A program made the position numbers and the translations under genes. This document shows, one piece after another, positions 8,070 through 15,509 of a stretch of 32,000 nt of DNA. Source of the DNA: Halorhodospira halophila SL1 (GTDB taxonomy: Bacteria; Pseudomonadota; Gammaproteobacteria; Nitrococcales; Halorhodospiraceae); NCBI RefSeq assembly GCF_000015585.1, contig NC_008789.1, forward strand, positions 1,530,001 to 1,562,000. The letters run 5' to 3'. Below the pieces are notes generated by a model. It was given only the letters and a program-made list of their open reading frames with translations, ran no database searches and was not told the DNA's origin. Numbering within the stretch: the stretch's first letter is position 1; every line of letters begins with the position of its first letter.

Positions 8070-9407
8070 ATGAGCACGGCAAGCGTCGTCGGCGCCCGGT
8101 CCGGGCGCCGTGTCCGCCCGCCCCGTTGGATCGCGGGCCTGGCCTTGGCCGCCGGGGTCGGCTCGCCGGCCCTGGCCGACTGGGACGACGATCCGTGGGC
8201 GGACGACCCCTGGGACGAGGAGGAGCAGTGGCTCCCTTTTGAGGTGGACGGCTTCGTGGAGATCGCCGGCGGCCACCACACCCGGGATAACCAGGTCCTG
8301 GACAAGGACTACAACCTGGCCGAGGCCCGCCTGCGCCTGGAGGCGCGGGGGGACTGGCGCCGATTCGATTTCCGGGTCCGCGGTGACGGCGTGGCCGACC
8401 AGGTCAAGGAGGAGATCCGCGGCGAGCTGCGCGAGGCTCGGGTTGCCTTCCCCGTTGGGCAGCGGCTGGACATGCGGGTCGGTCGTCAGGTACTGGCCTG
8501 GGGGACCGGCGATCTGCTCTTCATCAACGATCTCTTCCCCAAGGATTTCAACTCGTTCCTCACCGGCCGCGACGAGGACTACCTGCAGGGTCCCTCCGAT
8601 GCGGTGCGCGGCACCTGGTACGGCGACAACGTGACCCTGGACCTGGTCTGGACCCCCGTCTTCGAACCCGACGATTATCCGAACGGGGAGCGGCTGAGTT
8701 ACTTTGACCTCCGTGAGGAGCGCCAAACCGAGCAATCGCCACCCGCCGACGACCCGGACAGCTTCCCGGACGACGGTGAGCTGGCGGCGCGGCTGACCCA
8801 CCGCATCGGCAGCGCCGAGCTGGCCGGGTACTTCTACCGCGGCTTCTTCCCGCAGCCGGAGGAGCAGGCCAACGACCGCCTCACCCACGCCCGGCTCAAC
8901 GCCTACGGCGCCAGCATCCGGGATCGGCTCGGCCCGGGCATTGCCAACGCCGAGGTCGGCTACTACGACTCGGTGGACAACCGCGACGGCGATCGCAGCG
9001 TGCAGGTCCCGAACTCGGAGTTCCGGGCGTTGCTGGGCTACACCTGGGAGGCGGCGACAAACTTCGACGTGGGTCTGCAGTACTACCTGGAGTGGCTACA
9101 GGATTACGACGACCTGGAGGCCCGATGGCAGGCGGACGACGACCTGCTCCCCGAGGAGTACCGCCAGGTGCTCACCACCCGGCTCACCTACAGCGTGTGG
9201 CGGGACAACCTGATCGGCTCGCTGTTCGCCTTCTACTCGCCGGACGACGAGGATTACTACCTACGGCCGTCGGTGCGCTACCGCGCCTCCGATGCATTGA
9301 GCTATTCGGTGGGAGGAAACCTGTTCGGCGGCGACAGCGACCACACCTTTTATGGGCAGTTCAAGCGGGATTCCAACCTCTACGCCCGAGTCCGCTATCG
9401 CTTCTGA
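8070..9407 (+). CDS. Predicted outer-membrane beta-barrel protein (DUF1302/AlgE-like pattern)
   Basis: It starts 6 nt after the previous stop, with GGGAGG 8 nt upstream. The signal peptide ends in ALA-DW. The sequence alternates in a beta-strand-like way, carries the motif GRQVLAWGTGDLLF and ends in the C-terminal barrel signature YARVRYRF. Confidence 0.75.
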   Translation: MSTASVVGARSGRRVRPPRWIAGLALAAGVGSPALADWDDDPWADDPWDEEEQWLPFEVDGFVEIAGGHHTRDNQVLDKDYNLAEARLRLEARGDWRRFDFRVRGDGVADQVKEEIRGELREARVAFPVGQRLDMRVGRQVLAWGTGDLLFINDLFPKDFNSFLTGRDEDYLQGPSDAVRGTWYGDNVTLDLVWTPVFEPDDYPNGERLSYFDLREERQTEQSPPADDPDSFPDDGELAARLTHRIGSAELAGYFYRGFFPQPEEQANDRLTHARLNAYGASIRDRLGPGIANAEVGYYDSVDNRDGDRSVQVPNSEFRALLGYTWEAATNFDVGLQYYLEWLQDYDDLEARWQADDDLLPEEYRQVLTTRLTYSVWRDNLIGSLFAFYSPDDEDYYLRPSVRYRASDALSYSVGGNLFGGDSDHTFYGQFKRDSNLYARVRYRF

Positions 9408-9466
9408 GCCGTAGACGCCCCCACGAGACCCGCCAGGGGTCGCCGGGGGGCGCCGCCTCCGGCCCG

Positions 9467-9826
9467 CTAGGAGCGCTGACAGAAGAGTTCGTAGAGGCGC
9501 TCCAGCAGGGCCTCGGTCTCGGGGCTAGCCAGGCGGTAGTAGATGGTTCGAGACTCGCGCCGTGTGGCCACGATCCCCTCCTCGCGCAGCCGCGCTAGCT
9601 GCTGTGACAGGGCCGGCTGGCGCATCTTGAGGAGCTGTTCCAGTTCACCCACCGAGCGCTCCCCGGCGACCAGATGGCAGAGGATCATCAACCGCCGCTC
9701 GTTGGCCAGGGCCTTGAGGAAGGCCGCGGCATCGGCGGCCCGCGTGTCCATCTCCGTCGGGTCCGGTATCACGCCCTCGTCGGGTGCGCTACTCTGGATC
9801 TCTGGCTGCACGGTTTCCGTCGACAT
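9467..9826 (-). CDS. ArsR-family regulator of the BigR/SqrR/YgaV two-cysteine (persulfide-sensing) type
   Basis: It lies in the track ORF 9467..9856 (TTG). I prefer the ATG at 9826, which has GGAG 7 nt upstream. FLKALANERRLMILCHLVAGERSVGELEQLL..QPALSQQLARLREEGIVATRRESRTIYYRL...LYELFCQRS has one Cys in helix alpha-2 and one near the C-terminus. From memory, this matches BigR/SqrR. Confidence 0.8.
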   Translation of the reverse strand: MSTETVQPEIQSSAPDEGVIPDPTEMDTRAADAAAFLKALANERRLMILCHLVAGERSVGELEQLLKMRQPALSQQLARLREEGIVATRRESRTIYYRLASPETEALLERLYELFCQRS

Positions 9827-9864
9827 GGTCGGCTCCGGACTGCTTCGCGAATGCAACGCGGCTC

Positions 9865-10731
9865 TCAGCCGTCGATGACAGTGAAATAGTACCCCAGGTG
9901 ATCCTGCTTATCGGGATCGTCATCCACAAACCGCAGGGTCATGCGCAGGATATCAGTATCCTGGCGCTTTTCGGCCGCCTGCAGGGCGTGAATATAGGCG
10001 TTGACGCGGGAGGTCCGCCCGTCTTCGTCGGTAGTGAAATCGAAGGTGGCCTGATCGAGCAGGGTCGGCATGCGCTCGGGCCGCTTGAAGACCACCACCA
10101 CCTGGTTGAAGTCGATCTCCTTGACCAGGCAGCCAATCGTGCCGCCCGAGTGGCGCACCTGGGCGATGACCTTATCCCGAGGCGTTGCACGCTCCTTGCG
10201 GGAGCTGGGCACGCTGGCGTCGGTCTCCAGGCGTTCGGCGATATTCAGATCACCCGAAAGCCCGCCAGCAAGCACGGCGGCCGAGTCGCCCCCCTGGACC
10301 TGGGATTCAGCCCCGCCCAGCTTCTTCAGCGCCTTGGCGGAGACCCCCAGCGACTTGGTCAGCGCCCGGGTCACCACCTCGAAGAGCTTCTCATTGGTAA
10401 ACGGCTTGACGATGTAGTTGGTGGCGCCGCGCTCCACCGCCTGAACCACGTGCTCCCGATCCCCACGGCTGGTGATCATCACGAACGGGATGTCGGAAAG
10501 ATTCTCGTCGGAGCGCATCCATTCGAGCACCTCGAGGCCGCTGACCTCCGGCATCTCCCAGTCACAAAGGACGAGATCAAAGCCACCGGTGGTCAGCTTC
10601 GCCTGCGCCTGCCGACCGTTGGCAGCCTCGTGCACGACGAACCCGGGGTAGCCAAGCTTGACCCCCTTCTTGACTAGATCCCGGGTGAAGGTCGCGTCGT
10701 CCACGACCAGGATGTGGAGCTTCTTCGCCAT
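9865..10731 (-). CDS. Orphan response regulator: CheY-like receiver plus a C-terminal domain of unknown type (possibly degenerate PilZ)
   Basis: AGGAGG lies upstream of the ATG at 10731. The receiver shows VVDDATF, LVLCDWEMP, MITS and VKPF. After a Gly/Ser-rich linker there is a domain of about 110 aa that starts with RATPR (RxxxR), but IDFNQV stands where PilZ has D/NxSxxG. Confidence 0.85.
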   Translation of the reverse strand: MAKKLHILVVDDATFTRDLVKKGVKLGYPGFVVHEAANGRQAQAKLTTGGFDLVLCDWEMPEVSGLEVLEWMRSDENLSDIPFVMITSRGDREHVVQAVERGATNYIVKPFTNEKLFEVVTRALTKSLGVSAKALKKLGGAESQVQGGDSAAVLAGGLSGDLNIAERLETDASVPSSRKERATPRDKVIAQVRHSGGTIGCLVKEIDFNQVVVVFKRPERMPTLLDQATFDFTTDEDGRTSRVNAYIHALQAAEKRQDTDILRMTLRFVDDDPDKQDHLGYYFTVIDG

Positions 10732-10817
10732 GACGCCTCCTACGGCTACCGGGTCAGCTTACCAAATCCCCGACCCTTTGCCGTAGGTGCGCCCTGATCC
10801 CTGCGCGGGGCCCCGCG

Positions 10818-11828
10818 CTAGCCGAAGACCGCCTCCTGGGAGTAGCCATCGCGCTCCATGAGCTCGCGCAGCCGCCGCAGTGCATCGATCTGGATCTGTC
10901 GTACCCGCTCGCGGGTCACCCCCACCTGCGTGCCCACCTGCTCGAGCGTGTAGCGCTCGTGGCCGTTGAGCCCGAAACGCCGCTCCAGCACGGCCCGCTG
11001 CTTGTCAGTGAGGAAGCCGAGCCAGTCTTGCAGATGCCGCACGACGTCGTCGTCCTCGAGGACATTCTCCGGCATGCCCTGCGTCTCGTCGGGAATGGCG
11101 TCGAGTAGCACCCGGTCGGAATCCTTGCCGATCGGCACATCCACCGAGGTGGTCCCCTCGTTGAGACCGCGCATGCGTCGGACGTCTTCCGGCGAACGCC
11201 CCATAGCATCGGCGATCTCATCGACCGTGGGTTCGTGATCCAGTGTCTGGGTCAGGCGGCGCTGGGTCCGCAGGTACTGGTTGATCTCTTTGATGACGTG
11301 GATCGGCAGCCGGATGGTGCGTGTCTGATTCATGATGCCGCGCTCGATGGTCTGCCGGATCCACCAGGTCGCATAGGTCGAGAAACGGAACCCGCGCTCG
11401 GGATCAAACTTCTCCACGGCGCGGATCAACCCCAGGTTGCCCTCTTCGATGAGGTCCAGGAAGGCGAGGCCGCGGTTCATGTAGCGCCGGGCGATCTTGA
11501 CCACCAGCCGGAGGTTGCTCTCGATCATGCGCGCCCGGGCTGCCGCATCGCCCTGCTGAACGCGTCTCGCCAGCGCGACCTCCTCCTCGGCCGTGAGCAG
11601 GGAGGCGTGGCCGATCTCATTCAGGTAGAGCTGCGTGGCGTCCAGCGCGGTGCGACACTCCGTGCTGGATCGGCTCCTACGGGGCCGGCGAGCCGGCTCG
11701 GGCTCGCTGCCCTCATCGATGCCGTAGGGCTGGATCAGCTCGCCGGGGTCATCGATCATCGGGGGATCGCGCTCTGCGTCCACATCAGCGTACGCGTGCA
11801 CGCTGACAACCGCCGTATCGAGGGTCAT
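10818..11828 (-). CDS. rpoS: RNA polymerase sigma factor RpoS (sigma-38)
   Basis: Regions 2-4 are conserved ([55 protein letters not shown], then [32 protein letters not shown]). It lies downstream of nlpD. GGGAGG sits 5 nt before the ATG. Confidence 0.93.
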   Translation of the reverse strand: MTLDTAVVSVHAYADVDAERDPPMIDDPGELIQPYGIDEGSEPEPARRPRRSRSSTECRTALDATQLYLNEIGHASLLTAEEEVALARRVQQGDAAARARMIESNLRLVVKIARRYMNRGLAFLDLIEEGNLGLIRAVEKFDPERGFRFSTYATWWIRQTIERGIMNQTRTIRLPIHVIKEINQYLRTQRRLTQTLDHEPTVDEIADAMGRSPEDVRRMRGLNEGTTSVDVPIGKDSDRVLLDAIPDETQGMPENVLEDDDVVRHLQDWLGFLTDKQRAVLERRFGLNGHERYTLEQVGTQVGVTRERVRQIQIDALRRLRELMERDGYSQEAVFG

Positions 11829-12086
11829 ATGGACCTCCCAGTGGTCTCTAACCGCTCGCCGGGCTTCCCCGCCCGGCTTCCTTGGACAGCCGATGGAGGA
11901 TCAGCTCCTTGGTCAACTCCCGGCGCGGCCGCGCCGCCTCCAAACCCCCTGCTGCGAGGCGCTTTCAACCCTCGCATTGATGATCGTTGTTTTGACGGTA
12001 ATCAAATTTCTATGGTTAAGCTATTACCAAACCGGCAAGAGCGCAATAGGAAAAGTATGAACGATTCGACTTCTTTTTAACCTGTC
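11829..12086 (-). promoter_or_regulatory. rpoS upstream region/leader: an AT-rich island followed by a GC-rich structured segment
   Basis: This is the 258-nt nlpD-rpoS spacer. Positions 11975-12080 are markedly AT-rich for this genome. Inverted repeats lie at 11955-11976, 11923-11936 and 11859-11878. An SD-like AAGGAG and a CCUCC anti-SD lie at 11895-11910. Confidence 0.5.
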
Positions 12087-12824
12087 CTAATCTCGCGCCG
12101 GGAGGTAGGCCTCCGGGTCCACCACCTCGCCATCGATGCGGATCTCGAAGTGTAGACTGGCTGCCTCGGCCCCGGGTGCACGCCCCATCTCCGCAATCGG
12201 ATCCCCACCGCTGACTCGATCCCCTTCCTGAACCTTGAGGGTGCGGTTGTAGCCGTAGGCCGACAGGAAGCGATCATCGTGCATGAGGATGACCAGATTG
12301 CCGTACCCCCGCAGCCCACTACCACTGTAGACCACCTCGCCATCGGCCGCAGCGCGGATCGAGTCCCCCTCCGAACCGCCAATCTGGATACCGCTCTTGC
12401 CCCCACTATCGGTGGCATAGGACCTCTGCACCTCGCCCTCGGCAGGCCAGACCCAGTCGAGTTCATAGGCGGGGGGATCATCCGGAGGGGGCGGCGGTTC
12501 GCTGGTGGTGTCACCCGCCGGTGCCTCGCTTGCATCCCGTGTCGGGTCGTCGCCGTCCGCGGCACCGCCTGGCGGGTTCAGGACCAGATACGCCCCGGCC
12601 TGGATCTGGTCCGGACTGGATAGCTCATTCCAGCGCTGCAGCTGCTCGACACGCAACCCATGTCGCCAGGCGATGCGGCTTAGGGTGTCGCCCGGCTGCA
12701 CCTCGTAAAGATAGATTCGCCGGTGGCCATCCTCCTCCCAGTCACCGTCCCAGAGCGTCGCGCAACCGGGTATCAGGAGGAGGATCAAGGCCCAGACCAG
12801 GATGCGCGACGCGGTGCCCAGCAT
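12087..12824 (-). CDS. nlpD: Murein hydrolase activator NlpD (lipoprotein with LysM and M23 peptidase domains)
   Basis: It lies in the track ORF 12087..12935. I prefer the ATG at 12824, which gives MLGTASRILVWALILLLIPGC with lipobox LIPGC. The LysM segment is YEVQPGDTLSRIAWRHGL..LQRWNEL. The M23 segment is GIQIGG..VVYSG..LRGYGNLVILMHDDRFLSAYGYN. Confidence 0.9.
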   Translation of the reverse strand: MLGTASRILVWALILLLIPGCATLWDGDWEEDGHRRIYLYEVQPGDTLSRIAWRHGLRVEQLQRWNELSSPDQIQAGAYLVLNPPGGAADGDDPTRDASEAPAGDTTSEPPPPPDDPPAYELDWVWPAEGEVQRSYATDSGGKSGIQIGGSEGDSIRAAADGEVVYSGSGLRGYGNLVILMHDDRFLSAYGYNRTLKVQEGDRVSGGDPIAEMGRAPGAEAASLHFEIRIDGEVVDPEAYLPARD

Positions 12825-12831
12825 CGGACGG

Positions 12832-13413
12832 CTACCCGTACTTGACCCACAGTATTCCGAGCAGTAACACGATGACGCTGATCCACCCGAGCCGCTCGAC
12901 GTGGCGCAGCAACCAGGGCTCAAGCCGAGCGCCACCCCAGGCTACCAGGCCGGCGACCAGGAAAAACCGCGCCCCGCGACCCAGCAGCGAGGCGATAATA
13001 AAGGGCAGTAGGGCAACCCCGGTCGCCCCGGCCGCCACCGTGAAGACCTTGTACGGGATGGGCGAAAAACCGGCCACCAGGACCACCCAGAATCCCCACT
13101 CGCGGAACCACTCCACCGCCGTCCGATAGGCCTGTTCGTAATCGGCCGCCTCGATCCACGGCTCGACCAGGTAGAGCGCAAAGTACCCGAGGGCGTAACC
13201 GATCAGCCCACCGAGCACCGACCCCACCGTGGCGATGAGGGCAAAGGATGCGGCCCGATTCGGCCGCGCCAGAGCCATCGGGGCCAGGAGGACATCCGGC
13301 GGGATCGGAAACACCGAGGACTCAGCGACACTGAGCCCACCCAGCGCCCAGGGGGCCCGACGGTGGCCGGCCCACCGCACCGTCCAGCTGTACAACGGCC
13401 CGAACACTCGCAC
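12832..13413 (-). CDS. YqaA/DedA-family (SNARE-associated) inner-membrane protein
   Basis: It has multiple TM segments and the motif ESSVFPIPPDVLLAPMA typical of YqaA/DedA proteins. It abuts the pcm stop with a 0-nt gap and ends 7 nt before the nlpD start. Confidence 0.75.
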   Translation of the reverse strand: MRVFGPLYSWTVRWAGHRRAPWALGGLSVAESSVFPIPPDVLLAPMALARPNRAASFALIATVGSVLGGLIGYALGYFALYLVEPWIEAADYEQAYRTAVEWFREWGFWVVLVAGFSPIPYKVFTVAAGATGVALLPFIIASLLGRGARFFLVAGLVAWGGARLEPWLLRHVERLGWISVIVLLLGILWVKYG

Positions 13414-14046
13414 TCAGACCCGCCCCTCAAGCATCGGCACGAACGAGACTCCGGCCACCCGGCGCTGCTCGTACGCATCCCCCCGACGATCCACCACCAG
13501 AAGCTCCTGATAGCCGGCGCCACCGATCGGTGCAACCAAACGCCCCCCGTCGGCGAGCTGCTCAAGCAGCGCCTCCGGCAGCGCGTCCGGCGCCGCGGTC
13601 ACGATGATGCCGTCGTAGGGGGCGTACTCCGGCCACCCCTCATAGCCATCACCGTGGCGAAGCTGGCAGTTGAACAGGCGGACCGCCTGCAGCCGCTCTC
13701 GGGCCCGGCGCAGCAGGGAACCGATCCGCTCGATGCTGTAGACCCGCGGAACCAGCCGGGCCAACACCGCGGCCTGGTAGCCGGAGCCGGTCCCCACCTC
13801 CAACACCCGCTCCGGGACCCCCGGCTCGAGCAGCAGCTCGGTCATCCGTGCGACCACCCAGGGCTGGGAGATCGTCTGCCCCTCGCCAATGGGTAGCGGG
13901 GTATTCTCGTAGGCGCGGCTCTCCAGGGCTTCGTCGACGAACAGGTGCCGGGGCACCTCGCGCATCGCCGAGAGCACCCGTTCGTCCTGGATACCCTGGG
14001 CCGCCAATGCATCCACCAGCCGATCCCGGGTCCGTTGAGAGGTCAT
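13414..14046 (-). CDS. pcm: Protein-L-isoaspartate O-methyltransferase
   Basis: [64 protein letters not shown]. The track ORF extends to the GTG at 14082, but the ATG at 14046 matches homolog N-termini. Confidence 0.92.
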   Translation of the reverse strand: MTSQRTRDRLVDALAAQGIQDERVLSAMREVPRHLFVDEALESRAYENTPLPIGEGQTISQPWVVARMTELLLEPGVPERVLEVGTGSGYQAAVLARLVPRVYSIERIGSLLRRARERLQAVRLFNCQLRHGDGYEGWPEYAPYDGIIVTAAPDALPEALLEQLADGGRLVAPIGGAGYQELLVVDRRGDAYEQRRVAGVSFVPMLEGRV

Positions 14047-14075
14047 GCCAATCCCCGCTGCGTTCCGCTCGCGCA

Positions 14076-14831
14076 TCACCACGTCACCCCGTCCAGCCAG
14101 CCGCGGACCTGCTCGAGCCCCGCATGCCGGGTTAGATCGACCTGGATCGGGGTCACCGAGACAAACCCGTTGCGTACGGCGTAGAAATCGGTCCCGGGAC
14201 CCGCGTCCTGCTCCGAGCCCGGGGGCCCCACCCAGTAGATGGTGCGCCCCCGCGGGTCGTGCTGCTTGATGACCGGCTCGGCGCGATGCCGGCAGCCGAG
14301 CCGCGTGGCGTGAAACCCCTGGATCTCGTCCCAGGGCAGGTCCGGCACGTTGACGTTGAGGATACTGTCCGGGGGGAGCGGGTCATCCTGGATCTGCTCA
14401 AGCAGTTTCACGGCGACCCGAGCGGCGGTGTCGTAGTGCACCGGCGCCCAGGTACCGGCCAGCGAGATGGCGACCGCCGGCAGGCCGAGGTAGCGCCCCT
14501 CCATCGCCGCTGCCACCGTGCCACTGTAAAGCACATCATCGCCCAGATTGGCGCCGGCGTTGATGCCGGAGAAGACCATGTCCGGATCCTCCTCCAGCAG
14601 CCCTGTCAGCGCCAAGTGCACACAGTCGGTCGGTGTGCCCTGGACCCGGAACCGGTCGGGCTCGATGGGATGGACGCGGATGGGATCCTCCAGCGTCAGC
14701 GAGTTGCTGGCCCCGCTGCGATCCCGCTCCGGGGCCATCACGGTCACCCTCGCCACGGTACCCAACCGTTCAGCCAGCTTCAGAATCCCCTCGGCCTGGT
14801 AACCATCGTCGTTGCTGATCAGAATGTACAT
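14076..14831 (-). CDS. surE: 5'/3'-nucleotidase SurE
   Basis: [55 protein letters not shown]. The track ORF (to 15053) carries an Arg/Cys-rich, implausible N-terminal extension, so I use the ATG at 14831. Confidence 0.93.
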   Translation of the reverse strand: MYILISNDDGYQAEGILKLAERLGTVARVTVMAPERDRSGASNSLTLEDPIRVHPIEPDRFRVQGTPTDCVHLALTGLLEEDPDMVFSGINAGANLGDDVLYSGTVAAAMEGRYLGLPAVAISLAGTWAPVHYDTAARVAVKLLEQIQDDPLPPDSILNVNVPDLPWDEIQGFHATRLGCRHRAEPVIKQHDPRGRTIYWVGPPGSEQDAGPGTDFYAVRNGFVSVTPIQVDLTRHAGLEQVRGWLDGVTW

Positions 14832-14920
14832 CTTGCTCCTGCAGGCGAAGCCTCGAACACACAGTTGCCGCCAAGATTGGCAGTATAACGTGTCCCGGAG
14901 CACCACCGTGGGGGTTCGGC

Positions 14921-15490
14921 ATGAGCGACCAACAAGACGGCAGTGGCGACTCGCGGGATCCGGCGGATGAAACGGCCCTGTTCCGTCAGGCCATGGCCGA
15001 CGTGCGCCGCTACGACAACGATCAGACCGAGAGGCGCCCGCCGCCGCCCCCACCGCGGCCCATCCAGCGTGAAGCCGACGAGCGTCGGGTGGTCGAGAGC
15101 CTGCTCGAGCCCCCGCCCGACCCGGCCGAAGTTGAAACCGGGGAGGAGCTACTCTACTACCGCGCCGGCGTTCAGCGCCGCGTGCTGAGACAGCTGCGGC
15201 GCGGCCATTACCCGCCGGCAGCCCAACTCGATCTACACGGACTGACCCGGCGTGAGGCCTACCGAGAGCTGACGCTCTTCCTGGCGCATGCCGCGGAACG
15301 CAACCACCGCTGTGTGCGCATCATCCACGGCAAGGGGCGCGGATCGCAGCGGCCGCAGCCGGTGCTGAAGGTCGCCGTCGATCACTGGCTGCGGCGTAGG
15401 GACGACGTGCTGGCCTTCGCTTCGGCACCGGAGAGTGACGGCGGCACCGGCGCCGTCTACGTGCTGCTGCGCAAGCCGGGCCCGCGGTAA
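14921..15490 (+). CDS. smrB: Smr-domain endonuclease, SmrB-like (ribosome-collision rescue nuclease family)
   Basis: The N-terminal [12 protein letters not shown] resembles E. coli SmrB ALFRQLMAGTRK (from memory). The Smr domain shows [17 protein letters not shown]...[10 protein letters not shown]. It is divergent from surE. Confidence 0.75.
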   Translation: MSDQQDGSGDSRDPADETALFRQAMADVRRYDNDQTERRPPPPPPRPIQREADERRVVESLLEPPPDPAEVETGEELLYYRAGVQRRVLRQLRRGHYPPAAQLDLHGLTRREAYRELTLFLAHAAERNHRCVRIIHGKGRGSQRPQPVLKVAVDHWLRRRDDVLAFASAPESDGGTGAVYVLLRKPGPR

Positions 15491-15509
15491 CCCCGGGGCA
15501 GGAGCGATG

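Noticed and set aside
9408-9466. GC-rich nested inverted repeats (CGCCCCC at 9416-9422 with GGGGGCG at 9446-9452; GACCC at 9427-9431 with GGGTC at 9437-9441) between the convergent barrel and ArsR genes, which might form a bidirectional terminator.
   Set aside because: The stems are short (5-7 bp), the outer loop is long, and there is no T/A tract on either side. The support is insufficient.
10732-10817. A possible Rsm/Csr-type sRNA downstream of rpoS, since rsmZ sits there in Pseudomonas; several GGA motifs are present.
   Set aside because: The spacer is only 86 nt. The GGA motifs are not displayed in repeated hairpin loops, and one of them is simply the SD of the response-regulator gene. 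There is no terminator.
10803-10818. A perfect 16-bp palindrome GCGCGGGGCCCCGCGC at the rpoS stop codon, which could be an intrinsic terminator.
   Set aside because: No U-tract follows on the rpoS strand (AGGGAUCAGG), and the loop would be minimal. It may be an RNA-stabilising stem or a partial attenuator, but I cannot call it a terminator.
11825-11977. A 50-codon upstream ORF ([50 protein letters not shown]) whose TGA overlaps the rpoS ATG as ATGA, which suggests a translationally coupled leader peptide.
   Set aside because: No SD precedes its ATG. By my count only about 60 percent of third positions are G/C, against the much higher level I see in real genes here. The peptide is low-complexity, and open frames of this length are expected by chance in GC-rich DNA. 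It is worth a look only if ribosome profiling shows initiation at 11977.
14832-15053. N-terminal extensions of track ORFs for surE, pyrG (to 21909), kdsA (to 20306), the XRE gene (to 22590), nlpD (to 12935), ftsB (to 18035) and the FAH gene (from 27237).
   Set aside because: The extensions are Arg/Pro/Gly/Cys-rich, overlap neighbouring genes or promoters, and precede internal starts that match homolog N-termini and/or have good SDs.
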